Notes: generated by a model from the letters alone, not told the origin. A stretch of 64,000 nt of DNA from an uncultured Nitrospinota bacterium (GCA_963707985.1 CAVPRW010000014.1:224001-288000); one strand, 5' to 3'; shown: positions 31,221-44,605, counted from the first letter of the stretch. Numbers and translations: made by a program.

Positions 31221-32444
31221 TAGACTTTAAGAAAAAGATTTTCTGAAGAGGGGTTGACGTGCCGCCACACATCGGGACAAGGCCTACCAAAGAAACATCA
31301 CTCCCATGTTGTCTTTGGAGGAACGTCCCGATGTGCAGCGTCCGTTTTACCCTCACCACACAGTCCCGTAAAGCCGTGGCACGCCAGCTGAAGACGGCCC
31401 AGCAACCAGGGCCGCTTACGCCAGGTCAAGTCTTGCCTCGCCCTCCTCGCCGTCGGGAACGGCCGGAGTTTGGCAGAGGTCGCAGGGGTCTTGCGCGTGC
31501 ATGAGAAGACTGTCGCCGCGTGGATACGCCGGTTCTGTTGCGAGGGGCTCCACGGGGTCCCGCGCCAGCAGCCCCCAGGCCGTCCCCCCAAACTGACCCC
31601 GATGCAAAAAGCCGCCCTCACCACCCTCATTGACGAGGGACCGATTAAGGCTGGGTTTAGCAGCGCCTGCTGGCGCTCGCCCATGATCCAACAGCTGATT
31701 TACGACCGCTTCGGCGTCTTCTACAACGTCTTCTACAACGCTCAATTACTCAAGAACCTCGGCTTTCGCTACCAGAAGGCTGCCTTTGTCTCCGCTCATC
31801 TCACCGAAGCGCAGCGCCACGAGTGGTGTACCACCATCTGGCCCCAGATATTGCGCCTGGCAACAGCCCAACACGCCTTGCTGCTGTTTGGCGATGAGGC
31901 CTCGTTCCCACAGTGGGGGACGCTGTCGTACACCTGTGCCCGTCGCGGGCACCAGCCGCTGGTCAGGACATCCGGCAAGCGCCAAGGGTACAAAGTCTTT
32001 GGCGTGATCGAGTACTTCACCGGGCGCTTCTGGTATCAAGGCCAGGAAGGACGGCTTAACTCTGCAGCGTATATCACCTTTCTCACAAGCGTATGGGAAC
32101 AGACCACGCAACCCATCCTGCTCATTCAGGATGGGGCCCGGTATCACACGTCTACGGCAATGCAGCGCTTCTTCGCCCTGCACACCGAGCGCCTCACGGT
32201 CTTCCAGTTGCCGAGCGACTCGCCGGATTATCATCCGATCGAAAAGCTCTGGAAGAACGTGAAAACAGAAGGCACGCATCTGCACTACTTTCCCACCTTC
32301 GAAGCGCTTACGGACACAGTCGAGCACGCACTGCTGAAGTTTGCCACTACGCCGGCAGAGATTCTCTCACTGTGCAGTCTACCGACAGAAATGACCATGG
32401 CGGCTTAAGCGCCCCTGGCCAGCAAATCTTTTTCTTGAAAGCTA
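31221..32444 (+). mobile_element. IS630-family insertion sequence
   Basis: Imperfect terminal IRs TAGACTTTAAGAAAAAGATTT and AAATCTTTTTCTTGAAAGCTA, flanked by TA at 31219-20 and 32445-46. Confidence 0.9.
31331..32408 (+). pseudogene. IS630 transposase (HTH + DDE), frameshifted near 31410
   Basis: GRPPKL, FGDEASF, IQDGARYH and SPDYHPIEKLW. The N-terminal MCSVRFTLT... is in a different frame from the body. Confidence 0.85.
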
Positions 32445-32572
32445 TATCCTCAGCGATGAGCACGAGTCCCGCAAGCCTCCGAGCACCATAGTCCCTTCTT
32501 CTAGTAGCCGCACCACATCAGCGCCCACCACGCGTCGCCAGGTGGCAAGCTTCTTGTGACCCATCGCAGCTA

Positions 32573-32660
32573 CGGGCACTGCCATGCTCCGGCTGCTGAC
32601 TGCATGAGATTTCTACCCCATTTTTCCCCCATTTGGGGGAATTGTCCAGAGCTTTGTTTC
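32573..32660 (+). repeat. Diverged direct repeat, copy A
   Basis: 70/88 ungapped identity to 33647-33734, and 44/50 over the 3' part. Confidence 0.85.
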
Positions 32661-32793
32661 TACTTACGATACAGTCTAACTCACATGGCCACGGTTGGCG
32701 ACTCCGTTGATTTCTTGGCCACGGAGAGAGTATGCTGCACGCCAACGCCAACGGTCATAACGTGTACAGAGGAGTGGTAAGGGAGAAGCGCCG

Positions 32794-33459
32794 ATGACCA
32801 CTGGAGCTCTGGTGTCGCCAGCCATCGAAACACTGGCCGACCTGCACGCGCGGCTAGGCCACGTGCCGCTGCAGCGCATCCGTTGCCATCCAGCTCCGGG
32901 GACCGCCACAGAAGCGGATGTACTCGTCTATCCCAGGGGAGAGAAACGCCTGTACGAACTGGTGGATGGCGTGCTCGTGGAGAAACCGATGGGGTATTAC
33001 GAATCGTTATTAGCGGCCATTCTTATCGGCTTTCTCAGCAGCTTTCTCGAGGCGCACGACCTGGGTCTGGTGCTTGGAGCAGATGCCACCCTACGGCTCG
33101 CGCCTGGACTGGTACGCCTGCCAGACGTCTCGTTTCTTACCTGGGAGCATTTTCCTAATCGCGAACTCCCTGCCGAGCCGGTTCCCGATTTGGTGCCCGA
33201 TTTTGTCGTCGAAGTGGTGAGCTCAGGGAACACCGCGGCGGAGATGGAGCGCAAGCTGCAAGAGTACTTTGCTGCCGGCGTTCGGCTTGTCTGGTATGTC
33301 TACCCAGAACAGCGCACAGTGCACGTCTACACCAATCTGCACGATCTTCGTATACTCCACGAAGCAGATCGCCTGGATGGTGGCAGTGTCTTGCCGGGAT
33401 TTCAGTTGCCGATTCAGCAATGGTTTGCGCGGGCAGGGCGACGCCGGGGCGACGCCTAG
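32794..33459 (+). CDS. Uma2 family (PD-(D/E)XK) endonuclease
   Basis: YELVDGVLVEKPM, VRLPDVSF, PDFVVEVVS, KLQEYFAAGVRLVW and VLPGF. Confidence 0.93.
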   Translation: MTTGALVSPAIETLADLHARLGHVPLQRIRCHPAPGTATEADVLVYPRGEKRLYELVDGVLVEKPMGYYESLLAAILIGFLSSFLEAHDLGLVLGADATLRLAPGLVRLPDVSFLTWEHFPNRELPAEPVPDLVPDFVVEVVSSGNTAAEMERKLQEYFAAGVRLVWYVYPEQRTVHVYTNLHDLRILHEADRLDGGSVLPGFQLPIQQWFARAGRRRGDA

Positions 33460-33646
33460 CCGTTGGCGGCGTGCTCGTCGTCGTGCCGATTTACCTTGCC
33501 ATGGTGCTCCCAGCACGGCTGCCCGCTGAACATCTCCTCAGACTGCTCCCAGATGGCGATGGTCAGGCCGCCAAGACGCGCCGACCACAGGCTGCGTGAT
33601 TCCTTCTGGCCGGAGCCGCACCACCTCATCGCCAGCCACGAAGCGC

Positions 33647-33734
33647 CGGGTACTGCCAAGCGCTGTCGGCTGATGGCGTATGACTTCTACCCCATTTTCC
33701 CCCCCTTTTGGGGAATTGTCCAGCGCCTTATTTC
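33647..33734 (+). repeat. Diverged direct repeat, copy B
   Basis: Matches 32573-32660. Confidence 0.85.
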
Positions 33735-33742
33735 GTCTTAGG

Positions 33743-33805
33743 CTCATCGAGGAAGGGGCGCTGGCCGACTTCCAGCTGCTGGACGGCAATCCGCTCGCCA
33801 ACATC
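33743..33805 (+). pseudogene. Amidohydrolase C-terminal fragment
   Basis: LIEEGALADFQLLDGNPLANI resembles the amidohydrolase C-terminal motif. Confidence 0.5.
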
Positions 33806-33869
33806 AACCCATCGCCTTCTCGTCACGACCCTGGCCGCTCTCACCACCGGAACCATCAGCGCTATGCTA

Positions 33870-34369
33870 GCAATCCAACGAACAACCAAGAGGAGCATAC
33901 GGCGCAGTACAACGCGGAGTTCGCCAGGTACGACAAATATCCCGACGAGTGGATGGGGCCGCGCGGCGTGGCGAACGACAAGACGCGCCATCTCGCCTGC
34001 GCCGGTGCGTGGGGCCTGTTCCCGAACAAGGACGCTGTCTACATCAACTACAACGGCAAGCTCCCCGCCAACCAATGCCACACGGCCACTTATACGGTGC
34101 CGGAGAACAAAGGCTTCTGGTCCATCACCGTCTATGGCGCGGACGGCTACATGAAGAGCGCCAACAGCGTGCTCAACCAGTACAACACGACGTTCAACGC
34201 TGACGGCACGTTCACGGCCTATTTCGGCTCCAAGGAAGTCTGCGACGACGTGCCGAACCGGGTGGACGTGTCCGAAGGCTGGAACTTCCTGATGCGCGTC
34301 TACCGCCCCGGCGAGTCCGTGCTGCATGGCAGCTACAAGCTGTCGGATGCCGTGCCCAGCAAGAAATAG
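33870..34369 (+). pseudogene. DUF1214-domain protein, 5'-truncated
   Basis: AWGLFPNKDAVY, GFWSITVY, NADGTFT and WNFLMRVYRP. Confidence 0.7.
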
Positions 34370-34387
34370 CCAGAAGGAGGAACGATC

Positions 34388-35648
34388 ATGAGCATGCAAT
34401 CGCACATCGTCGTCTGGGTTATTTTTGCATTGGCGATGTTTGCCAGTGCCGACTGTGTCGCCCAGGTCACTCCCGCCGAGGCACGCGCCATCGCCAAAGA
34501 GGCTTACGTCTACGGTTTCCCGATGGTGGACAACCTGCGGGTGCAGTACGCCTACTTCGTGGACAAGGGGAACCCGGAATACAAGGCGCCGTACAACCAG
34601 CTCTTCAACATCCCCAGGGTCTACACGCACGAGGACCGCGCTATCCAGAGGCCCAACTCGGACACGCCTTACTCGTGGATCGGTCTGGATCTCCGCGTCG
34701 AGCCCATCGTGTTCACCGTCCCACCCATCGAGAAGACGCGGTCCTGGAGCCTGCAGCTGATCGACCTCTACACGCACAACTTCGACTACCTCGGCACCCG
34801 CACCACGGGCAACGACGGCGGCAGTTTCATGATCGCTGGACCGAGCTGGAAAGGCGAAACGCCCCAGGGCATCAAGAAGGTCATACGCTGCGAGACCGAA
34901 ATCGCCTCGGCCCAGTTCCGCACGCAGCTTTTCAATCCTGGCGATCTCGACAACGTCAAGCAGATCCAGGCGCAGTACATCGTGAAGCCGCTTTCGGCCT
35001 TCCTGGGCCAGCCCACCCCGAAGGCCGCACCAGCGATTGATTTCCCGAAGGCGCTGACACCCGACGCGCAGAAGACCTCGTTGGAGTTTTTCCGGATCCT
35101 CAACTTTGGCCTGCAGTTCTGCCCGATGCCTCCGTCCGAGAAGGATCTCATGGCGCGGTTTGCCAGGATCGGCGTCGGTGCGGGCAAGACCTTCGATCCC
35201 GACACGCTCTCGCCCGAGATGAAGAAGGCCATCGAGAGCGGCATGGCCGATGCCTGGGCAGAGGCGCTGTATCCGGCCTACTTCGTGGATGCCGACGGCA
35301 AGCAGCCGACCGGTGCCAACCGCTACACCCTGCGCTTCGCGCCGGGGCAGCTGCCACCGGTCGATGCCCTTCTGGTCGCTGACGATGTACGACGATCCGG
35401 CGGGCCTGCTCGTCGCCAACCCGCTCAACCGCTACCTGCTCAACTCGACGATGCTCCACCAGTTCAAGCGCGATGCCGACGACGGACTGACACTGTTGAT
35501 CCAGCACGAATCCCCGGGCGCCGACCAGGAAGCGAACTGGCTGCCCGCGCCGAAGGGGCCGTTCGGCATGATCCTGCGCCTCTATCTGCCGAAGGCCGAA
35601 GCGCTCGATGCCACGTGGAAACAGCCGCCGCTGCAGCGGGTGCAATAG
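34388..35648 (+). pseudogene. DUF1254/DUF1214 exported protein with an internal deletion and a frameshift at about 35368
   Basis: Signal peptide, AYVYGFP, PNSDTPYS and QLIDLYT. AFWSLTMY, NWLPAP and LRLYLP are in the next frame. GMADAWAE abuts ALYP. Confidence 0.8.
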
Positions 35649-35786
35649 CGGCGCTGGCCGCCCGTATCACCAGGGCCATCAGAGCAATGGCATCAATCCA
35701 GGGAGCAACAAACATCGGAAGATTTCATCCGTCGCCGGGCAACCGCGAACAAGCCGTTCTACCTAATTCACTCGTTTGGACGCCTG

Positions 35787-37357
35787 CATAACGATACCTA
35801 CACGGCGCCCGGCTATGCCGGGAAAAGTCCCGCCGGCTTTCCGCATCGCGATGCGATTGTCGAGGTGGACGATATCGTCGGACGCGTGATGCAGGTGCTG
35901 CGCGAGACCGGCCAGGAAGAGAACACGCTGGTCTTTTTCACCAGCGATAACGGCGGCAACGAAGACCTGTGGCCTGACAGTTGCGTATCAGCCCTTCCGT
36001 GGCGGCAAAGGGCACCACATGGGAAGGCGGCGTGTGCGTCCCCGGCATTGCCTACTGGCCGGGCACGATCAAGGACGGTCGCATTTCCGATGGTTTGTTC
36101 GACCTATGCGACCTGTTCAACACCGCCGTGGCGCTCGGTGGCGTCGCGGACAAGATTCCGACCGAACGTTACATCGATGGCGTGGATCAAACATCCTTCC
36201 TGCTTGCGGATGACGGTCAATCGCGCCGTGATGCAGTCTTCATGTACTCCGAGAATGTGCTGACCGCCGTCCGCTGGATGGAATACAAGGTGCACCTTAT
36301 GGTCTTTCTCAATCAGGCCGAGCGGCGCAATCTCGATGAAAGCATCCTGGTGAGAACCGGCATGGCGCCCTGGGTTTACAACCTCACCATCGAGGACACC
36401 GGTCCACTGACGAAGAAGCGGATGGAGACGATCGACGAGGAAACCCTCGCCGCCGCCAAGGATTTCATCACCCGTCAGTACCAGGCAGGCAAACCATTCT
36501 TCGTCTGGTGGAACGGCACCCGGATGCACTTCCGCACGCACGTGAAAGCGGAGCACCGCGGCCTTTCCGGCCAGGATGAATACGGCGACGGCATGGTGGA
36601 GCACGATATGCAGGTGGGCGAGCTGCTAAAGCTGCTCGATGGTCTCGGCATCGCCAATGGCACCATCGTGCAATACTCGACTGACAATGGCCCGCACTTC
36701 AACACCTGGCCCGACGCGGGGAACACCCCCTTCCGCAGCGAGAAAAACTCCAACTGGGAAGGCGCCTACCGCGTGCCCTGCTTCGTGCGCTGGCCCGGCC
36801 ACTTCCCCGCCGGCATGACCCTCACCGGCATCGTGGCTCACGAGGACTGGCTGCCCACTTTCGCCGCCGCCGGCGGCAACGCCGACATCAAGGAGCAGCT
36901 CAAGTCGGGCGTGGAACTCAACGGCCGCACGTATCGCAACTACATCGATGGCTACAACCAGCTCGACTACCTCAGCGGCAAGGCAAAGCAGTCGCCCCGC
37001 CACGAGTTCATCTACGTGAATGACGACGGCCAGATCGTGGCGCTCCGCTACGACGACTGGAAGGGCGTGTTCCTCGAGAATCGCGGGGTCGCCTTCGGCG
37101 TCTGGCGCGAGCCGTTCACCGAACTGCGCGTGCCGATGCTCTTCAACCTGCGCCGCGATTCCTTCGAGCGCGCGCAGCACAACGCGAACACGTACAACGA
37201 CTGGGGCATTGATCGCGGATTCGTTCTCGTGCCCATGCAGCAACTGGCCGCCAAGTTCCTCTTGACCATGAAGGACTACCCGCCGAGCCAGACGCCGGGT
37301 TCGTTCAATCTGGAGAAGATCCAGAAGATGATCGAGTCCGGTGCTGGCGGGAAGTGA
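35787..37357 (+). pseudogene. Chimeric arylsulfatase (C-terminal parts of two paralogues fused; no N-terminal catalytic motif)
   Basis: Two copies of the (T/S)DNG...PFR..K...WEG...VP block, a junction near 36385 and frameshifts at about 35981 and 36010. Confidence 0.8.
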
Positions 37358-37520
37358 TCCGTGGCATCGCGGGCGGGGTGCTTCGTATGGCGAAGCGCCC
37401 CGCCTTTTCAGAAAGCATCGCTCAGATGCCATGCCCATGGTTCAATGCCGTATACAAGCTGCATCAGCCACACCATGACACCCGAGCAGCAAACAATTCA
37501 AAACCATGCAGAGCAAACGC

Positions 37521-37847
37521 ATTGACGACAAAGAAGGCAAGCCCGTTGGCATCCAGAGTCACATCGGTCGCCGCCCCATCGCTGCGTTCGGCAACTCCGA
37601 TGGCGACCTGCAAATGCTGCAGTGGACGACCGCTGGCAGCGGGCCGCGCTTCGCATTGATCGTCCATCACACTGGCAGCGGGCCGCGCTTCGCATTGATC
37701 GTCCATCACAGCGACGCGGCACGCGAATGGGCCTACGACCGCACTTCGCACGTCGGCAAGCTCGACAAGGCCTGGGACGAAGCCGTTGCCAAAGGCTGGA
37801 CCGTCGTGAGCATGAAGGACGATTGGAACACGATCTTCCCGAAATGA
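37521..37847 (+). pseudogene. HAD-family hydrolase C-terminal fragment
   Basis: GKPVGIQSHIGRRPIAAFGNSDGDLQML and GWTVVSMKDDW. Confidence 0.75.
37633..37710 (+). repeat. Perfect 39-bp tandem duplication
   Basis: CTGGCAGCGGGCCGCGCTTCGCATTGATCGTCCATCACA occurs twice in tandem. Confidence 0.97.
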
Positions 37848-37978
37848 TCCTGCGGCTCTTTCCTGAGTGCATACTCCACCGCCTAAAGGATGCCAATACA
37901 GGCGTGCAAATACAACTTCTCATTGGTGTTGGAAACTGATAAAAAGAATCGTATTTGACTCAATAGAGGAGCCGAGAA

Positions 37979-40143
<2,165 letters not shown>

Positions 40144-40166
40144 GAGGCAAGAGGTCCGATCGTTGC

Positions 40167-40266
40167 TCTCCTGCACTGTACCACATCAATACGCGCGTCT
40201 GGCTGACGGAATTATCCCAAAAGCGGGGCCGACTGGCCACGTTGGATGACCTTCCGGACGCCGAAT
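40167..40266 (+). pseudogene. Alpha-amylase-family N-terminal fragment
   Basis: SPALYHINTRVWLTELSQKRGRLATLDDLPDAE resembles the N-terminus of GH13 proteins that follow such glucosidases. Confidence 0.5.
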
Positions 40267-40320
40267 CGGAAATCAGCCGGTGCAGGGATCCCAAAGCGGC
40301 GCAGACAGCAGGCAAGACCA

Positions 40321-40396
40321 AAGGCTGGGCTATGCCCAAGGCAATTAGGCGTGTCATACGTGAGCGATAGTTTCTGTACGCATCTTGTGTGTACCC
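40321..40396 (+). repeat. 76-bp element, inverted copy of 49078-49153
   Basis: 71/76 ungapped identity. Confidence 0.95.
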
Positions 40397-40412
40397 TATG
40401 GTATTTCCACAC

Positions 40413-41444
40413 TCATGGGCTCCTCTTCCACGCCTCCAACGCCGCGATGATGACAGATGCGTCCGTGGCGTCGCTCACGTCGACGGGGTTCGAAATGACC
40501 CCTTCATCAAACAAGAACGTGGCGAGGGCCCCGAGTCTCCTGTGAAACGCCGAACCCTTGACTAGCGAGTAGTCGTACCGGGGATTCGCCCACTCGTAGA
40601 TCTTGGGTGGCGGAGCCTCTCGATAGATCGTCTCCGCCCACGCCTTCTTCATCTGCATTTCTTCCGCCAGGGCGCGTACTCCGACCGTAGGGTCCTTTTG
40701 CAGGACGTTGTACGCCATGCCTAACGCCCGGAGGAAGCGTACCGCGGTTTCCCTGTGGTCTCGGAGCCAGTCGCGTCGGGCACTGTAGCTCGCCACGTTG
40801 GTGTAGATGCCGAGATCTCCCTCGGTGGCGATGATTCTGGCGTTCGCTTCATGCACCATGCGCTGCATCCATGGCTCCCACGCCATGGCGGCGTCAATCT
40901 CCTTGTTCGCCATGGCGGCCACCTGCTCGGCAGGCGGCATATGGAGCAGTGTCACTTGATCGGGGCGAATGCCGACCTGTCTCAAGAGCATCATCACGCC
41001 GTAGTGTGTCGTTGACCCTCTGAAATAGCCGATCCTCTTCCCCCTCAGGTCAGCGGGCGTGTCGATGCCGCTGTCCTGCCGCGCCACAAAGCCTTCGGCG
41101 TAGGCTCCCTCCGAATGGATGCCGATCATCACCCAGTCCACTCCCTGCGACAGTCCGATCAAGAACGGCACGCTGCCCACAGCGGCCACGTCAATGCTCT
41201 GGCTCTGTGCCGCCGCAATCATCGGCGCCCCGGCGACGAACTTCACGTAGCTAGGCGCCAGGCCCGCTTTCTCAAACAGCTGCAGGTCCCGCGCGGTCAA
41301 CAGCAGCCAGTCAGCGGTCGTCTGATAGCCGATCGTGATCGGAAGAGGGGTCTGGGCCGATGCCCGGGGAGGGGTGAAGGCGGATTCCACGGACAGCACG
41401 AACAATAGACTAAAGACCACCAACACCGCACTCCGATGCATCAT
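40413..41444 (-). CDS. ABC transporter substrate-binding protein, SsuA/TauA-like
   Basis: Signal peptide, ITIGYQ, GSVPF, DLRGKRIG and IDAAMAWEP. Confidence 0.88.
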   Translation of the reverse strand: MMHRSAVLVVFSLLFVLSVESAFTPPRASAQTPLPITIGYQTTADWLLLTARDLQLFEKAGLAPSYVKFVAGAPMIAAAQSQSIDVAAVGSVPFLIGLSQGVDWVMIGIHSEGAYAEGFVARQDSGIDTPADLRGKRIGYFRGSTTHYGVMMLLRQVGIRPDQVTLLHMPPAEQVAAMANKEIDAAMAWEPWMQRMVHEANARIIATEGDLGIYTNVASYSARRDWLRDHRETAVRFLRALGMAYNVLQKDPTVGVRALAEEMQMKKAWAETIYREAPPPKIYEWANPRYDYSLVKGSAFHRRLGALATFLFDEGVISNPVDVSDATDASVIIAALEAWKRSP

Positions 41445-41567
41445 TGGACCCCTACTTGCGGGTCGTGGAGGATGCCCTGTGCGTCACCCCCGCTAGCCCA
41501 TGTCCTGTTTGTTCGCAACGGTCAGATCGTGCCCACCCCTGCTAGGGCTCCGCGAACAGACCCTGTC

Positions 41568-42863
41568 TCACTGCGTTGGGATCGTCAAGATGGGGGTAGC
41601 TTCCTTGCTCTCCGTCTCCACGAACGTGAACAAGAACATGAGGAACGAGAACACGTGCTTCGAGGGCATGTCCCGGTCGTCGATTGAGAACCAGTGGCCC
41701 CGATAGGGCGCGGCCACGAAGGCGTCCCTCGGCCGGTCGGGGGAGCACGCGATCCGGATCAAGGGCGGGACCGGTCCCTCCGGTCCCAGATCCGCCTCCG
41801 GCGTCGGCCCCACCCGTCGCTCCGTCACGTGCGCCTCGGGCACGGAGATCACCGATGAGAGGTCGACAAGGACCTCGCGGATCGACCGGCTCAGGAGGGC
41901 GATCTCCTTGTCGTTGGCGGCCACGGCCCCATACACGACCCGAAATTCCCGCGCGGCGGGGTCCAGGCCCAGGACGGCCAAGGCGTTGAGGAGCGCGTTT
42001 TCGACGGCCGCAGCGAGATGCGGACGCAACACCAGGGTGAGCAGCTCGTCTCTGTCGACACGCTGTCGTCGGACACCGATGTCGCCCGAGGTCTGGAGCC
42101 GACGGAGGTCCTGCAGCAGGACGTAGAATTCGGGGTTGGCCGGCCGGATGTGCTGGAGCTGAACCCGACGGTTGTCGACACCGTTCACCGCCTGCACTGC
42201 AAGCCGGAACACCACGTCCAGGGGGAAGCCGGCCTGGATGACGTTCAGGATGGCCGACGGCGGAATCGGCATCATCATCGAGCGTGCGAACCGCTCGCCC
42301 ACGAGCGGGGCGTAGGTGATGGTCGGGCGGTCGGTAAACTGGCCCTGAGCGCCCAGCCCGATGCTGCTGTTGGGGACCCCCGGCACGACCGTGTTCGTGT
42401 TGAAGATGCTCCCCGCCGCCGAAAATGTGCTCTGCACCGTATAGCCGGTGACGATCTGCCCGACGTCCAGGAATACGGGGGTGTCGCCGTAGCGCATCTT
42501 CACCAGGTTCAGGAGCATCTGGCTCTTCCACGACTCCGCCACGGCCGCCGTATAGTCGAAGCGGTCCCGGGTCACCGTGCCTGGCCCAATGCCCGAGCAT
42601 CCCGCCAGCAGCAGGAGTGCCATCAGGACTGACCCAGCCCTCGCGGCCGTGTTGGCCAGGCTGCCAACCGCGCGCAGCCGCCGCACGTGGATGCGCGCCA
42701 TGCGGGTGATCGCCGTTGCATAAACATCCGGGGCGAAATACTCGTGCGTGCGGCAACGGTCGACGTCGTCCTGGATCGTCCTCCAGCGCCGCAACGTGGC
42801 CACGTGGAGGAAGTGCTCCCGCGTCCTCGGCTTGAGCTTGAGCTCTTGTTGGGCTATCGTCAT
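41568..42863 (-). CDS. Hypothetical lipoprotein (true start probably near 42623-42701)
   Basis: Lipobox LLAGC followed by GPGTVTRDRFDY..QMLLNLVKMRYGDTPVFL..DRPTITYAPL. Confidence 0.75.
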   Translation of the reverse strand: MTIAQQELKLKPRTREHFLHVATLRRWRTIQDDVDRCRTHEYFAPDVYATAITRMARIHVRRLRAVGSLANTAARAGSVLMALLLLAGCSGIGPGTVTRDRFDYTAAVAESWKSQMLLNLVKMRYGDTPVFLDVGQIVTGYTVQSTFSAAGSIFNTNTVVPGVPNSSIGLGAQGQFTDRPTITYAPLVGERFARSMMMPIPPSAILNVIQAGFPLDVVFRLAVQAVNGVDNRRVQLQHIRPANPEFYVLLQDLRRLQTSGDIGVRRQRVDRDELLTLVLRPHLAAAVENALLNALAVLGLDPAAREFRVVYGAVAANDKEIALLSRSIREVLVDLSSVISVPEAHVTERRVGPTPEADLGPEGPVPPLIRIACSPDRPRDAFVAAPYRGHWFSIDDRDMPSKHVFSFLMFLFTFVETESKEATPILTIPTQ

Positions 42864-43562
42864 GGCGGATGCCTCGTGGCACGGTTGGTCATATTGATCA
42901 GCGGCTGCCGCACATACGACCGGATGCGACCCAGATGAGCGGCAACATGGTTTGCCGATGACGCCTCCTTGTCCTCGTCACCCCCTAGTACATCCTTCAG
43001 ATCAGCGCCCTCCAACGGCCTGGTGGTCGCGCGCACGAGCCCCCACCATCCATGGTATACGGCAACCAATCGCGTCAAGATGGGCCACTCGCACCATTGA
43101 GACCCCCGAAGAAAGAGGGTTTCACATGAGAGTGTAACTATACATACCATGAACTCAATGGGTTAACGGGACGATACACCATGACAACATGGATAACGCT
43201 CTTTGAGAGCAAGCGATTCTTCAGGTGCTACTGCAACCTAGCCACGATGGATAACCGCATGTAAAATTGGCCTATTTGATGAATGTGGCCCAAGTTCGCA
43301 CAATGGGTTGCTGTCTACAAAAAGGGCTGTTGTTCTTCCTATCCACCCCCTCCCCAGCCTTCTCAAGTCGCCCGTCCCGAGGCCGCCACCCCAGGTCATC
43401 CCTGAGGCGCTACCCTAGCCCATTCCGAAACACTTGTCCAGACCGTGCTGCACCTTGCTGCGCCCCGCGCCGGCGGGCTGCCGCAGCGCACTGGGGGCGT
43501 GTGTAGAGGGGTGCGCAAGCGGTGGCCACCAAGGAGGCGCAATGAGGGGAGCGTGGCAGGGG

Positions 43563-43655
43563 GGCGCCATGCGGTAGTCGACGTTGACGACGGCGTAGTC
43601 AGCCTTGTTCGCGATCGAGCGGCAAATCCAGTTGTGGCTATCGAGATCGCCAAGC
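43563..43655 (-). pseudogene. Alpha/beta hydrolase (HSL-type esterase) fragment
   Basis: GDLDSHNWICRSIANKADYAVVNVDYRMAP. Confidence 0.65.
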
Positions 43656-43811
43656 AGCCAGTCCGGGAGCTTCAGACCGCAGCAGCGACTGCGATAGCGT
43701 TTCTGTGATGGGTGGGATGGGGCCACCGTATTGTTATCCTCTCTTAACGATTGCCTGCTTGATAGCCGGCAACGATTGGCTCCATGTCTTCTCTTGCTCC
43801 CAGAAACCCTA

Positions 43812-44497
43812 TTAGCGCAACCCGCCCTGAGTTTGGGACCCCACTCGACCACTAGTGAATACGACAGCGACCGCTAACCAGTCCACGTTTTGCCATAGAT
43901 AGCTAGCGACATTCGCACTACTGGCGCTTTCCGCCCCAGGACGCCCAATATCTTGACGACCTCTTGATAGCTTATTCCCGGTTGAATAGCTTAGTACTAA
44001 GCCATGCTGATTGCTGATCGTGTGAGGAGAGCATCCGCTTCCTCCAGCTTCCCTTCGCGCAATAAGGCTTCGGCCTGTCGTGCGAGTTTCTTGTCCTGGC
44101 TCGCCTTGGCTTGCTGGAACAATGTCCGATACTTGTGGGCCCACTCATCGGCTGCACGGATTTTCTCCTGCAGCGCAAGGTCTTTCTTGTCGAGACGCTC
44201 ATTGAGCTGCTGCAGAGCCTTGGGGTCTACTCCTTGGCAGATAATTGTGACATTCCCCCTGGTTTGGCCAATGGCGGGGCTACCGGAACCATGAGTCTGT
44301 TGTTCAATCTTCGTGGGTTCTGATAATTTCGGCTTTGGGGCGGTGCGCTAGATGAAGGCCACGCTAATGACAGCCATCCCACCAATAATGGCGACGATAA
44401 TAGGTCCAATAATGGCAGGATTCCTCAACCACCTTTGCTCTAGCCCAGTCTCTCCCTCGGGATGTTTTGTGGACACGGATTTCCTTGGCGTTGCCAT
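43812..44497 (-). pseudogene. Membrane-anchored protein with a C-terminal DUF3862/BLIP-like domain; three nonsense codons and one frameshift
   Basis: GAGGAGG RBS + ATG 44497 and a TM (PAIIGPIIVAIIGGMAVISVAFI). It continues SMA*Y*AIQPGISYQEVVKILG/RPGAE..YLWQN..QTQGGLR. Confidence 0.65.
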
Positions 44498-44605
44498 GGT
44501 ATGATGCCCTCCTCGCTACCCCTCAGAAAGTAGATACTTCCGGCGCTCGAAAAACTTATGGAACGCCAGATTCACCCGTCCTTGAGCTTATGCCTCCCCT
44601 ATCAG

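Noticed and set aside
31717..31740. 12-bp tandem repeat TCTTCTACAACG in the transposase
   Set aside because: It encodes FYNVFYN, consistent with an ordinary near-repeat in the protein rather than a separate element.
33728..35428. 566-aa minus-strand ORF and similar long antisense ORFs (38533-39999, 41542-42882)
   Set aside because: These are shadow or alternate-frame ORFs of GC3-rich genes with recognisable products in another frame.
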